Source of the DNA: Clostridiales bacterium
GTDB lineage: Bacteria > Bacillota > Clostridia > Oscillospirales > CAG-272
Direction: 5' to 3'
Assembly: GCA_012514145.1 (NCBI GenBank)
Contig: JAAZAV010000033.1
Location: 8,153-72,152, forward strand
DNA: 64,000 nucleotides
The position numbers were made by a program, and so were the translations under genes. The notes beneath the pieces are model-generated. The model saw nothing but the letters and a program-made list of their open reading frames with translations. It had not been told where the DNA came from and made no database searches. Positions 10,011-19,647 of this stretch are shown here, piece after piece. Each line of letters opens with the position of its first letter. Position 1 is the first letter of the stretch.

Positions 10011-10553
10011 ATGCGGGAACTGCACCATTATATCGAGCCATTTGAGCCTTCGGCCGAGGAGATACGCTTTTCCTGCTGCTTTACCGGTCACAGGGATTTC
10101 GAGCCTACCGCCGAAAATCTCATCGCCCTCCGCACCGCCGTAGAGGAGTTGGCTTCCCGGGGTGTCAGACTGTTCTATGAGGGGGGCGCCGAGGGCTTTG
10201 ACTACCATGCAGCCCGCACCGTGCAGCAGCTGAAAGCCGTCTGGCCTCATCTTCGGGTCATATGCGCCGAGCCCTTCGTACGCCCCTGCCGCCACCGGGA
10301 TGCGGCGGACGAAATAATATACGTCTCCCCCCGCTATACCGACAACTCGGTTTTCCATATCCGCAACCGCTTTATGGTCGACCGCGCCGCCTATGTCATC
10401 GCCTATGCCATACGGCACGGCGGCACTTTTGAGACACTCAAGTATGCCCATTCTCTCGGGCGCAATATACGAAACACCGCCTGCCACCGCCCCTTCAGCA
10501 CAGCCGTGGACGGCTTATACCTTGAGCCGTCGAAACGCGAGACCTCCTATTGA
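10011..10553 (+). CDS. DUF1273/SLOG-family protein (YpsA-like)
   Basis: 180 aa with CFTGHR and a GGAEGFD Rossmann-like signature. Confidence 0.65.
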   Translation: MRELHHYIEPFEPSAEEIRFSCCFTGHRDFEPTAENLIALRTAVEELASRGVRLFYEGGAEGFDYHAARTVQQLKAVWPHLRVICAEPFVRPCRHRDAADEIIYVSPRYTDNSVFHIRNRFMVDRAAYVIAYAIRHGGTFETLKYAHSLGRNIRNTACHRPFSTAVDGLYLEPSKRETSY

Positions 10554-10647
10554 CGGCGGGCTTGCCGTGCCGGAGAGATGTATGTAACCCTTGGATTTTC
10601 CGGCTTGGCGGCTTATTGCCTGCCGCTATGGCAACGAATAAACAATT

Positions 10648-11244
10648 ATGACAGATTTACTCGAACTTCACAAAACCTTTCTCTCCCGCCATCTGCGGGA
10701 GGGCGCCGTCGCCGCCGACTGCACCATGGGCAACGGTCACGACACCCTCTGGCTCAGCCGATCGGTGGGCGTAACCGGCAGGGTAATTGCCTTCGACATT
10801 CAGGAAAAGGCGGTTGAAAACACATCGGCTCTCCTCGCGTCGGAAAACGCCCCCCAAAACTACCGGCTGCTGCTCGACTCCCACGCCAACCTGCAACTCC
10901 GGCTTGCCGAATGGCTGGGAGAGGATGCCCGGCTTGACGCCTGCGTGTTCAATCTGGGCTGGCTGCCCGGCTCGGGTGACCGAAGCGTGACAACTCTCCG
11001 TGAATCCACCCTTGCCGCCGCGGAAGCCGCTCTCGAGCTGCTGGCTCCCGACGGCTGTCTGCTGGTGGCTGTCTATCCCGGCCATCCCGAGGGAGCCGCT
11101 GAGGGAGAAATGCTCACCGCCCGCTTTGCCGGACTTAACCGACGGGAATATTCGGCAATCTGCGTGCGGCTGGTGAATTCGCCCGCGTCACCGTTTTTCT
11201 TTGTGGTGGAGCGCAGCGACAGGGGAAGGGGAGCGGGGAAATAA
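10648..11244 (+). CDS. mnmM: SAM-dependent methyltransferase, YtqB/MnmM-like
   Basis: DCTMGNGHDTLWL, VIAFDIQEKAV, FNLGWLPGSGDRSVTT and VYPGHPEG match my recollection of B. subtilis YtqB. Confidence 0.75.
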   Translation: MTDLLELHKTFLSRHLREGAVAADCTMGNGHDTLWLSRSVGVTGRVIAFDIQEKAVENTSALLASENAPQNYRLLLDSHANLQLRLAEWLGEDARLDACVFNLGWLPGSGDRSVTTLRESTLAAAEAALELLAPDGCLLVAVYPGHPEGAAEGEMLTARFAGLNRREYSAICVRLVNSPASPFFFVVERSDRGRGAGK

Positions 11245-11277
11245 CGCCCCGGCGGGGCAGAAATAACTCATATAAAC

Positions 11278-11320
11278 AAAAACGGCAGTCCGTGAATCTC
11301 GGACTGCCGTTTGTCTTTGG
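11278..11320. terminator. bidirectional intrinsic terminator between mnmM and SBP-like paralogue 1
   Basis: ACGGCAGTCCG (11282-11292) pairs with CGGACTGCCGT (11300-11310). An A-tract lies 5-prime and a T-rich tract 3-prime. Confidence 0.75.
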
Positions 11321-11362
11321 TGTTTGTACAGGTTTATGATATCGCGAAGATAATCCCGATAT

Positions 11363-12856
11363 TTACGCCGCGGCTTCGTTGGCTGCGTATGCTTCTGCCA
11401 TCTTTTCTATCGCGGCTTTGTATTTCTCCTCATTGGCTGCGAAAGCCGACGCGATGTCGCGGGAGGGGTTGCCCTGGAAGCGGAAGTAGTTGGTGGGCGA
11501 GCCGGTGAGGGAGGTGCCGTAAACGAAGGTGAAGTTGAAGGTGGCGCCTTCACGTATGATGTCAAGCATCTCATGCATATCCCGGTCGCGGGCGTACTTC
11601 TCCTTCAGCGCTACCTCGTAGTAAACCGGGTTCACGTCGTAGTAGTTGTAGTAGCTGAGGCTCTCCATAACCTTGCCGGTGAGATCGAAGTCGGCGGCGG
11701 TCTTGGGGATGAAGATCATCTGGGTGGAGGTGCCCAGCTGAGCCAGATGCCTGTCCTGGTTCTCATCGTATTTGGGATAGGGGATAATGCCGTAGTCGTC
11801 TTCCATGTCGCGGAGATGCTCGGTAGAATAGATAAAGTTCGCCATGAGCAGAACCCGGCCTTCGTTGAAGTACTTCATGCTCTTGAAGGACTGGTCGTCG
11901 ATGGAGGAAACGCCGAAGGCGGTGCCCGAGCTCATGTTGAAATCGTAGAGCTTCTCATATGCGGCGACATAGCGCTCGCTGAGACCGAGATACTCGATCT
12001 TGCCGCCGGAGACGTTGACAACCGGCAGCTCAAGTGCGGTCTGGAAGGTGCCGTTGGGAACATACTCGGCGAGGAAACCGATCTCGTCGTCTTCAACCTT
12101 CATTACGCCGTCGCCGTTGAGGTCGGCTTTTACCGAGACGCCCATCTCGATGAATTTGTCAAGCACCCATTTGTTGCTGCGGACAAGCTCGTAGGGATTT
12201 TCAAGACCGTAGCTGTTGAGTTTGTTGACGTTGAAGAAGATAACGCTCAGGTCGGTGTAGAGCGACATGGAGATATCTCCGATTACGCCGTAGAGAATGC
12301 CGTTGACCGAGAAGCGGTCGAACATTTCGGCGATCCACCAGGGATTGTCGAAGTCGACGTACTTCATATTAGCCATGTTGTAAAAGTGACCGCCTGAGGA
12401 GGAGGGCATGACGCAGACGGTGGTGCCCGACACCATGTCGTAGGTGCTGTCGCCGGCAAGCACAGTGGAGGCTATGATGTCGTTGAAGGCGTTGCGGTCG
12501 TTCCAGTTGCCCGGCTTGTAGACGAACTCGAGTTCAATGCCCAAATGGTCCTCAACCTTCATGTTGGCGGCATAGACGGCATCGTCGACTATTTCGCCGG
12601 TCTGCTCACCGGTGCCGTGCTCATACTCGTAGTAGGAGTTGCAGAGAGTGACGAACTTGCGGCCTCCGTTGTCCTCTTTCTCGATGGAGAGAGGCAGGGT
12701 GGAGGGGGTTTCCTCTTCGGTCTCGGCGGTGTCGGCGGTCTCAGCGGTGGTTATATCGGGGGTGTCAGAGCCGGTATCGCCGCCGCATGCCGCCAAAGCA
12801 GCCGGCAGGGCGAGCATAGCCAGCAGGAGAAGCAGGGAAATGATTCTTTTTTCCAT
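11363..12856 (-). CDS. SBP-like lipoprotein, paralogue 1 of 10 (LplA/LipO-type solute-binding fold inferred)
   Basis: Start MEKRIISLLLLLAMLALPAALAAC|GG gives the lipobox, followed by a T/A/E linker. Family motifs are GEIVDDAVYAANMKVE, TVLAGDSTYDMV, FDNPWW, DLNGDGVM, DYGIIPYPKYDENQ and YYEVALKEKYARDRDMHEMLDII. Confidence 0.7.
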   Translation of the reverse strand: MEKRIISLLLLLAMLALPAALAACGGDTGSDTPDITTAETADTAETEEETPSTLPLSIEKEDNGGRKFVTLCNSYYEYEHGTGEQTGEIVDDAVYAANMKVEDHLGIELEFVYKPGNWNDRNAFNDIIASTVLAGDSTYDMVSGTTVCVMPSSSGGHFYNMANMKYVDFDNPWWIAEMFDRFSVNGILYGVIGDISMSLYTDLSVIFFNVNKLNSYGLENPYELVRSNKWVLDKFIEMGVSVKADLNGDGVMKVEDDEIGFLAEYVPNGTFQTALELPVVNVSGGKIEYLGLSERYVAAYEKLYDFNMSSGTAFGVSSIDDQSFKSMKYFNEGRVLLMANFIYSTEHLRDMEDDYGIIPYPKYDENQDRHLAQLGTSTQMIFIPKTAADFDLTGKVMESLSYYNYYDVNPVYYEVALKEKYARDRDMHEMLDIIREGATFNFTFVYGTSLTGSPTNYFRFQGNPSRDIASAFAANEEKYKAAIEKMAEAYAANEAAA

Positions 12857-12906
12857 AGAACAGGTATTTCCTTTCGATATTCGGTATTTTATTGTGCGGT
12901 ATCGAT

Positions 12907-12935
12907 ATTTTATCATTAACCGGACGTTTTGTCAA
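12907..12935 (-). promoter_or_regulatory. sigma-A-like promoter for paralogue 1
   Basis: On the minus strand: TTGACA (12930-12935), 17 nt, TAAAAT (12907-12912). Confidence 0.5.
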
Positions 12936-13139
12936 CAGCGAATCCTGCGTATTGAGACGCTCCGTCATGACTGTAAAGCCCCGGTTTGGCTGCTGTTCGT
13001 CTTTTGCCTCGTTCATACATCCCCGGCGAGTCAAAGTCCGCCGCATATAGAAGCTTTTTGCCGCGGCTCAGGCACCCGGCAAGCCGGATGCACGAAAAAG
13101 CCGCGCATCCCCCATCGGTGAAGTTTCCCGAAACAGTGC

Positions 13140-13169
13140 TTGACAGGCAGGCGGGGGCGGTGATATACT
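13140..13169 (+). promoter_or_regulatory. sigma-A-like promoter for the PIG-L gene
   Basis: TTGACA (13140-13145), 18 nt, TATACT (13164-13169). Confidence 0.5.
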
Positions 13170-13215
13170 AAATATAACACCGGGTCACCGGAATACACAA
13201 CAGGGGGAAGATAAG

Positions 13216-13917
13216 ATGAAAGTACTTGGAATCGGCTGCCATCCGGACGATATAGAGGTGGCATGCGCGGGCACACTGGCGAAATACAAGAAGCTGGGAC
13301 ATGAGGTCACCGTCTGCCATGTGACCAACGGCGACATGGGACACGTTGAGATCATGCCGCCGGAACTGCGGGAGATGCGCATAGCCGAGGCGAAGAAGGC
13401 GGGTGCGCTGGCGGGCATCAAGGTAGTGACGCTGGACATAGGCGATCTGGTGGTCTATTCATCCGACCGCAAGCAGCGTGACGCGGTGGTTGAGGTTCTG
13501 CGCCAGGAACAGCCCGACGTGATAATCACCCACAGCCCAAACGACTACATGCCCGACCATACGGCGGTAAGCAGACTGGTGTTCGACGCATCCTTCGCGG
13601 CGAGCTGCCTCCACTACAATCAGGGACTGCCGGCCGCCCCGATAACGCCCATATACTATATGGACACCCTGGCGGGAGTGGGCTTCATGCCCACCGAATA
13701 TGTGGACATATCCGACACAATAGAGTTAAAGATCGAGATGCTGGAGTGCCATGTGTCGCAGCTAAAATGGATGCGCGACCATGACAATATCGACTTCGCG
13801 GAGTTTGTGCGCACCTGCGCCCGCTTCCGCGGCCTGCAGTGCGGCGTGCAGTATGCCGAGGCGTTCACGGCATGCAACGTCTGGCCGAGAATGGTGCCGA
13901 AGCGCATGCTGCCCTAA
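13216..13917 (+). CDS. PIG-L/LmbE-family N-acetylglucosaminyl deacetylase
   Basis: N-terminal CHPDDIEVACAGT and HSPNDYMPDH motifs. No signal peptide. Confidence 0.85.
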   Translation: MKVLGIGCHPDDIEVACAGTLAKYKKLGHEVTVCHVTNGDMGHVEIMPPELREMRIAEAKKAGALAGIKVVTLDIGDLVVYSSDRKQRDAVVEVLRQEQPDVIITHSPNDYMPDHTAVSRLVFDASFAASCLHYNQGLPAAPITPIYYMDTLAGVGFMPTEYVDISDTIELKIEMLECHVSQLKWMRDHDNIDFAEFVRTCARFRGLQCGVQYAEAFTACNVWPRMVPKRMLP

Positions 13918-14044
13918 ACCGCTGCAAGCACGGTTGAATATAACACCGGTTGACGCTATTTTCCGCTAAAAAGGCCTGAACACGCGATTTTACCGCGAAA
14001 ATCCCGATTTACGGCAAGAAATCTGTCTGCAAAAGGAGGACAAT

Positions 14045-14995
14045 ATGAATTTCATAAGCACACTCAAGGGGTCGGCGCTGGAGAACTTCTATCCGGCGGG
14101 CTGGGACTTTCAGAAGATCGATAAATGCTGCTCCAACGATCCGGATTCCTGGGGCGAGCGCCAGGCGTGGTGGCATAAGGAGTTCACGCCGGTCATATGC
14201 GACAGCATATACAACTTCGACACCTACATGGGGCACGAGATAGCCCTGCAGATAAAGAACGCACGTGACAGGGGCGAGAAGCTCATCTTCATACTGCCGG
14301 TGGGTCCCATGGGCATGTATAAATGGGCGGTCTACTTCCTCAAGGCGTGGAATGTGAAGTGCGATCACCTCTGGTGCTTCAATATGGACGAGTGGTCGGA
14401 CGGCGACGGCAACACACTGCCGGCGGACAATCCGGGCGCCTTCCAGAACGCCATGGAGCAGGCGCTCTACAATCCACTGGGCGAGCTGACGGTGCCGGTG
14501 GGACAGCGCAATTTCGCCACTAAGGAGAACCTGCCCACCTACGCGGGTAAGATAGCCGCGCTGAAAGCGGAGGGCGCCAAGATGGTGCTGGTCTACGGCA
14601 TCGGCAGAATGTGCCACATAGCATTCTGGGAGCCGACCTTCGCTGCCGACTATAAAAATGTGGACGACTGGAAGGCACAGACCCACAGGATAGGCGCGAT
14701 GCTGCATCCGCTGACCATAGAGCAGAACGCCCTGACCAGCTTCAAGAGCCGCACCACGCTGGTGCCCTGCCGCGCCAACACAATAGGTCCGGGCATCTTC
14801 CTGCAGGCCGACTACGCCATAGGCGGAGCGGACGGCACTCTGGGCAGAGGCATGCAGTGGCAGGGTATGAGCTTCTGGATGACCCTGCGCTACGGTCCGT
14901 CGCCCTGGGTTACCTCCTCCTTCATCCCCACGCTTAAAGGCAAGCTCTTCTTCCTGTCAGAGCTGGCGGGACCGCTGACCGCCGAGTGCAACTGA
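14045..14995 (+). CDS. glucosamine-6-phosphate deaminase/isomerase-like (NagB superfamily) protein
   Basis: The pattern ILPVGP...FNMDEW...[15 protein letters not shown] parallels the NagB motifs. It has an atypical long N-terminus and no signal peptide. Confidence 0.6.
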   Translation: MNFISTLKGSALENFYPAGWDFQKIDKCCSNDPDSWGERQAWWHKEFTPVICDSIYNFDTYMGHEIALQIKNARDRGEKLIFILPVGPMGMYKWAVYFLKAWNVKCDHLWCFNMDEWSDGDGNTLPADNPGAFQNAMEQALYNPLGELTVPVGQRNFATKENLPTYAGKIAALKAEGAKMVLVYGIGRMCHIAFWEPTFAADYKNVDDWKAQTHRIGAMLHPLTIEQNALTSFKSRTTLVPCRANTIGPGIFLQADYAIGGADGTLGRGMQWQGMSFWMTLRYGPSPWVTSSFIPTLKGKLFFLSELAGPLTAECN

Positions 14996-15019
14996 TTAAC
15001 TGATTATCTGATATTTTTC

Positions 15020-15052
15020 GGAATTGCCGTACACATCGTGTACGGCAATTCC
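15020..15052. terminator. perfect 15-bp hairpin after the NagB-like gene (no clear U-tract)
   Basis: GGAATTGCCGTACAC (15020-15034) pairs with GTGTACGGCAATTCC (15038-15052) around a 3-nt loop. Confidence 0.35.
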
Positions 15053-15108
15053 ATGCCGTTGCATTAGGCAGTTCCTCCGTTTCGCGCTGAAATTTGCCGA
15101 AATCGTCC

Positions 15109-15138
15109 TTGACAGGTCTATGCGGTAAATGATATACT
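15109..15138 (+). promoter_or_regulatory. sigma-A-like promoter
   Basis: TTGACA (15109-15114), 18 nt, TATACT (15133-15138). Confidence 0.5.
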
Positions 15139-15284
15139 GAGCCCGAACAAGTGAAAAGGGCGCAAAACTCACATTTGCGCCGGACAAGGGGGCATAAGGT
15201 AAAGCGGGTTATAAGACAGAACCTGCCGCTCCCGAAATAATATAACAACTTTGACAACAACTTTGAAAGGTGGCTGTGGCTTCA

Positions 15285-15815
15285 ATGTTTCCCGAGACGG
15301 ATCTGTTCAGTAAGGTAGGTTTTTCCGGATGCGGCAGGATATCGCCCGCCGATATCAAGTTTTACGATGAGATAAGAAAAATCTGTGTTGATAACCGCTG
15401 CCGCAAATACGGAAGCAACTATGCATGTCCGCCGGCGGTGGGCAGTGTGGAGGAATGCCGTCAGCGCTGCAACTCCTACAAGTACGCGGTGGTGTTCAAT
15501 AAGATCTATCTGCTTGAGGACTCCTTCGACATAGAGGGCATGACCGCGGGTTCCGCCGATTTCAGGCGCCTCTGCTACGTTCTGCAGGACAGATTGAAGG
15601 AGCTGCCCCGTTATCGCATACTTGCAAACGGCGGCTGTACGCGCTGCGCGAAATGCGGCTATCCCGACGGCGCTCCCTGTGCCTTCCCGGACACCGCCTT
15701 CCACTCGGTCGAGGGGTACGGCATTGTTGTGTCCGAGCTGGCTGCCTTGGCGGGGCTGAAGTATATCAACGGCGAGAATACCATGACCTACTTCGGCATG
15801 CTGCTGCACGATTGA
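15285..15815 (+). CDS. DUF2284-like Cys-rich metal-binding protein
   Basis: CRKYGSNYACPP and CTRCAKCGYPDGAPC motifs. The first ATG is at 15285; the track start 15270 is GTG. Confidence 0.6.
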   Translation: MFPETDLFSKVGFSGCGRISPADIKFYDEIRKICVDNRCRKYGSNYACPPAVGSVEECRQRCNSYKYAVVFNKIYLLEDSFDIEGMTAGSADFRRLCYVLQDRLKELPRYRILANGGCTRCAKCGYPDGAPCAFPDTAFHSVEGYGIVVSELAALAGLKYINGENTMTYFGMLLHD

Positions 15816-15831
15816 CGGCGGATGTTATCAA

Positions 15832-16338
15832 ATGACTGTTCGCAGACTGATACTTTACATAATTATTTTCGTCGTGGGCATGTTTGTTTTCCTTTTTGTA
15901 ACCATGGGCATACCGGGCGAGAACGCCGATGCGGACGCCGAAGGAACCGTACTTGCCGAAGACGCCCTTATGCGGGTGGAATATCACAGTTCGGGCGGCC
16001 CGGCGGGCGGCTATACATCGCTGGTGCTTGAACGGGGCGAAACGAAATGTTCCCTAACCGTTGAAAGCCGGCAGACCGATTCCGCCAAGGTGAGGACAAA
16101 AAAGGTCAAGGGCGGCAGGAAAGAGCTTGAAATGATAAAAGCGCTTGCCGACGAGAACGGGGTCTGGGAGTGGGGCGAGCTGCCCCGGAGCGAACCGATA
16201 ATCGACGACATACCCGTCGAAACGCTGAAACTGTACGACAACTCGGGGCGAAGTCTGGAACTGTCCTCCGCAGACGAGTTGCCCAAGTCCGACTTTATAA
16301 AAAACGTATACACAATAATGATGAGCGCGGCGAAATAA
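15832..16338 (+). CDS. hypothetical N-terminally membrane-anchored protein
   Basis: 168 aa with a single N-terminal TM segment (LILYIIIFVVGMFVFLFVTMGI). Confidence 0.6.
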   Translation: MTVRRLILYIIIFVVGMFVFLFVTMGIPGENADADAEGTVLAEDALMRVEYHSSGGPAGGYTSLVLERGETKCSLTVESRQTDSAKVRTKKVKGGRKELEMIKALADENGVWEWGELPRSEPIIDDIPVETLKLYDNSGRSLELSSADELPKSDFIKNVYTIMMSAAK

Positions 16339-16373
16339 TCGGCGAATTAAATCATAATCAAGGACAGACGAAT

Positions 16374-17456
16374 ATGAAAAAGAATCTCGAGCGATACATA
16401 CGCCCCGGCAGACCGCTGCGCCACACTGTTGAGGCGATAAAGCGGGGCAAAATCACCATAGGCTTCGTGGGCGGTTCGATAACCGAGCCGGCAAACGGCA
16501 CGCGCTGGAGCGACAAGACAGCAGACTGGTTTGTGCTCAACTATCCCGAGGTTTCGGTCAATGTGGAGAACGCCGCCAAGGGCGCCACCGGTTCGCTGTC
16601 GGCGGTATTCCGCATCGAGGAGGACATAAACGCCTGCGGCTGCGACCTGGTGCTGGTGGAGACGGCGGTGAACGACGGCCCGGACGCCTGGGGCGCCTGC
16701 CGGGAGGGCATCCTGCGAAAACTGCTCAAAGACGACAGATGCGACGTCATAGTCACCTATACATACAGCTCGGGCTTCTATGAGGACATGCTTGCCGGCA
16801 GAATGCCACAGTCCATGACCGACTGGGAGGAGCTGGTCGAGCATTACGACCTGCCGCGGGTTTATATGTCGCGCTATGCGTTTGATCTGATGCTGGGCGG
16901 ATATGTGCGCTGGGAGGAATGGCTTCCCGACGGGCTGCATCCCGGTCACGCGGGGAGCCGGCTCTACGCCGAGCCGGTCACCGAGCTGATAGGCTGTGAG
17001 TTGGATTGCCCCCGCGCCGTCGAACCCTTCGCCCTGCCCGAGCCGCTCCACGCCGACTGCTGGGAGGATGCTCAGGCGCTGCCCTTTGACAGCTTCAAGC
17101 GGGTGGGCGCCTGGCGGATGGTGCGCGAGCGCCGGATCCCCTCGGTGCGGTATATTATGTTCACCACCTCGATGAGTTCATCGCTGGAATTCGAGTTCGA
17201 GGGCACGGGTCTTGTGGTGCATACCATGGTGAACAGCTGGCACGCCGGCTATACTCTGTCGGTCGACGGCGGCGAGTCGGTGAATATGGCAAAGCCGCTG
17301 CCCGAGTGGGGCGTGAATGCCACCGACTGGGTGCGCGAGGACGTGCCGGTGAAGGGACTGCCCTTCGGGAAACACAGGGCGGTGCTGAAACCCGTGTTCT
17401 GCCCGGGGGCGAAGGGCGCGAATTTCGAGCTCTGCGCCGTGGGCGTGATACGCTGA
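16374..17456 (+). CDS. leaderless SGNH/GDSL-type hydrolase with C-terminal beta-rich domain
   Basis: ATG at 16374 follows AAGGA. GFVGGSITE forms block I, VETAVNDG block III and DGLHPGHAG block V. No signal peptide. Confidence 0.65.
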   Translation: MKKNLERYIRPGRPLRHTVEAIKRGKITIGFVGGSITEPANGTRWSDKTADWFVLNYPEVSVNVENAAKGATGSLSAVFRIEEDINACGCDLVLVETAVNDGPDAWGACREGILRKLLKDDRCDVIVTYTYSSGFYEDMLAGRMPQSMTDWEELVEHYDLPRVYMSRYAFDLMLGGYVRWEEWLPDGLHPGHAGSRLYAEPVTELIGCELDCPRAVEPFALPEPLHADCWEDAQALPFDSFKRVGAWRMVRERRIPSVRYIMFTTSMSSSLEFEFEGTGLVVHTMVNSWHAGYTLSVDGGESVNMAKPLPEWGVNATDWVREDVPVKGLPFGKHRAVLKPVFCPGAKGANFELCAVGVIR

Positions 17457-17487
17457 TACGGGCGAGGGCGAGAAGTTATAGCTGAAT

Positions 17488-17530
17488 AAAAAACCGTGAG
17501 ACGGATTTGCGCTGTCTCACGGTTTTTGTT
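17488..17530 (+). terminator. intrinsic terminator
   Basis: AAACCGTGAGAC (17491-17502) pairs with GTCTCACGGTTT (17514-17525), followed by a T-run. Confidence 0.8.
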
Positions 17531-17592
17531 CCGATATTGAGAATTCCCCAGTCAGGAGATGCCGCCTGTGGAACGCGCCTCCCATCCCCAAG

Positions 17593-17639
17593 CCTCCCTC
17601 TCCGAGGGAGGTGGCACGGCGAAGCCGTGACGGAGGGAG
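17593..17639. repeat. GC-rich multi-hairpin intergenic element
   Basis: CCTCCCTC (17593-17600) pairs with GAGGGAGG (17605-17612). CACGGC (17615-17620) pairs with GCCGTG (17624-17629). A third arm GGAGGGAG lies at 17632-17639. Confidence 0.7.
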
Positions 17640-17959
17640 TGCCCCCCGAGTCAAAGGGAGCAGCCCCGCGCCGGAAAAACAAGGTCAGGGGCAGTCACCA
17701 AACGGAGCGTATCGGAATTGAGTTCGATACAGCTCATGTTTATTAACTGCGCCTGCACCCGACAACATCCGCCCCGCAAAAAGCAAACCGTCAGCCTGCC
17801 TGTAATACAGCCCCGCCGACGCTCATCTCCGCTGCAATGGCAATCGGCAAAATCAAAATAAAACAGAAGGTGCTGTATAAAAGCTAAAAGCCCGGCGCCC
17901 AATTGTCGGCGTTTGTCGGATTCAGGGATTTTCCGACTGCGCATTTATTGATAATTCAA

Positions 17960-17988
17960 TTGACATTACCTTACTCGAATGGTACAAT
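17960..17988 (+). promoter_or_regulatory. sigma-A-like promoter for paralogue 2
   Basis: TTGACA (17960-17965), 17 nt, TACAAT (17983-17988). Confidence 0.55.
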
Positions 17989-18035
17989 AAAACCATACAA
18001 CACGTTTCCATTATTATACATATGGGGGTGCGATT

Positions 18036-19526
18036 ATGAAGATGCGACATTATCCGATAAAATCCTGCGTTACGATCCTCGCACTTGTTTTATTATGCGT
18101 GTTCACTTTTTCATGCGGTGAGAACCTGTCTGAAGCGGGAAGCAATGCCGCGACGGAAAACAGCGATGAAGTGCCGATCGGCGGTACCGCGACGGAAGCG
18201 GCCGCGATTCCGAAACCTCCGAAAGGCGACTATAACGGTTATGTGTTCCGCGTCGGACAGGGCGACCCCAGCCACAGCATTCGCGAGAAGCTTGTTGTGG
18301 TTGAGGAGCTTGACGGAGATCTCGTCAACGACGCTATTTACAATCGCAACAACAACGCCGCCGAACGCACGAACACAATAATTAAATCGGTCGCCATGGA
18401 GTCATATTCGGCGCTGAAAAATTCTGTGCTCGCGGGGGATGATTTTTGCGACGTCGCACTCGCCGATCCGTATAACTTTTATTCAAGCATCGGAAGCGGA
18501 ATTTTGATTGATGTAAATACTATCGACACTCTTGACACCTCAAACCCGTGGTGGGATCAGAACCAGGTGAGCGAGCTTGATATATACGGCAAGCTTTTTT
18601 CACTTGTCGGGGACATAACAACCACCGATGAATTCCACACTGTCTGTTTGATTTACAGCTGTAACCTTTTCGAAGATTTCGGTTTTGATTCACCATATTC
18701 GATGGTTGAGGATGGGAGCTGGACGCTTGACCGCTTCTTGGATATGTGCCGTGATGTCGCGGCGGATATTGACGGCGACGGCGTGATGGGAGAGTTCGAC
18801 CGTTGGGGGTTCACCACCGAATCGGCGATGATGAGCTGGATGTGCGATTCATTCGGCGCGCGCTCGATTTTGAGAGACAGCGAAGGCGAATTCAGCCTGA
18901 ATGTCAACGACAGCCTCGTCCGTTCCATAATCGACAGCGTGATACGCCTTGCCACCGAAAAGAATATCGTAACGATGGCAGGTGACGGTATAATAACGGC
19001 TTCAACATACGGCGATGTGTATTATCACATGGAAGCGCTTTTCGCGCAGGATTTGGCGCTGTTCCACAGCGGCACATTCGACGATTTGACGCGTATGCGC
19101 TCTTATGACGCCGATTACGGAATCGTACCGCTCCCGAAGTTCAACGAGTCGCAGGAAAAATTTTACCACAGCGTGTCCTGGACAGGTGTACAGCTTGTAA
19201 TTCCGGCGACTGTCGAAAACACCGATTTGGTCGGCACCGTGCTTGAGAATATGGGCTGGGAGTCGCACTTCACATTGAATCCGGTGTTTTATGAATTGTT
19301 TATAAGTGAGAAGCTGGCAAGAGACGAGAAGTCAAAAGCAATGCTTGATATGATATTTTCGACAAAATATTACAGTTTGGACGATTACGCGAATATCAGC
19401 GGTCTTAACACAATAATAAATAAGATAGCTGCTTCAAAAGAAAACACTTTCGCATCCGATTGGGCGGCAAATGAAGCTAAAGCGGTTGCAAACCTTTCCA
19501 AATTTCTCGAACCTTTTCGAAAATAA
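18036..19526 (+). CDS. SBP-like lipoprotein, paralogue 2 of 10 (low-GC copy)
   Basis: Lipobox VFTFSC|GE. Motifs GDLVNDAIYNRNNNAAERTN, SVLAGDDFCDV, TSNPWW, DIDGDGVMGEFD, DYGIVPLPKFNESQ and FYELFISEKLARDEKSKAMLDMIF. Confidence 0.7.
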   Translation: MKMRHYPIKSCVTILALVLLCVFTFSCGENLSEAGSNAATENSDEVPIGGTATEAAAIPKPPKGDYNGYVFRVGQGDPSHSIREKLVVVEELDGDLVNDAIYNRNNNAAERTNTIIKSVAMESYSALKNSVLAGDDFCDVALADPYNFYSSIGSGILIDVNTIDTLDTSNPWWDQNQVSELDIYGKLFSLVGDITTTDEFHTVCLIYSCNLFEDFGFDSPYSMVEDGSWTLDRFLDMCRDVAADIDGDGVMGEFDRWGFTTESAMMSWMCDSFGARSILRDSEGEFSLNVNDSLVRSIIDSVIRLATEKNIVTMAGDGIITASTYGDVYYHMEALFAQDLALFHSGTFDDLTRMRSYDADYGIVPLPKFNESQEKFYHSVSWTGVQLVIPATVENTDLVGTVLENMGWESHFTLNPVFYELFISEKLARDEKSKAMLDMIFSTKYYSLDDYANISGLNTIINKIAASKENTFASDWAANEAKAVANLSKFLEPFRK

Positions 19527-19647
19527 CGGGTCTGCCGAAAAAGACGTGAAACCCCTTTTTAGGCACAATATGCTCATTTGTTAATATATTAAAAATCGTT
19601 AAATCGTTTATTGATTTCACGGTTTCTTAAATAGCGGAATTATTTAT

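Noticed and set aside
9061-10041. Long antisense ORFs, all opposite well-supported genes. Examples are 9061-10041(-), 14009-14707(-), 37438-38376(-), 40717-41604(-), 47612-48493(+), 49761-50717(+), 61242-62066(-), 11573-12397(+) and 24223-24888(+).
   Set aside because: These are typical stop-poor antisense frames of a GC-rich genome. The translations are low-complexity (rich in R, G, A, V, H) with no motifs. The opposite strand carries clear domain signatures.
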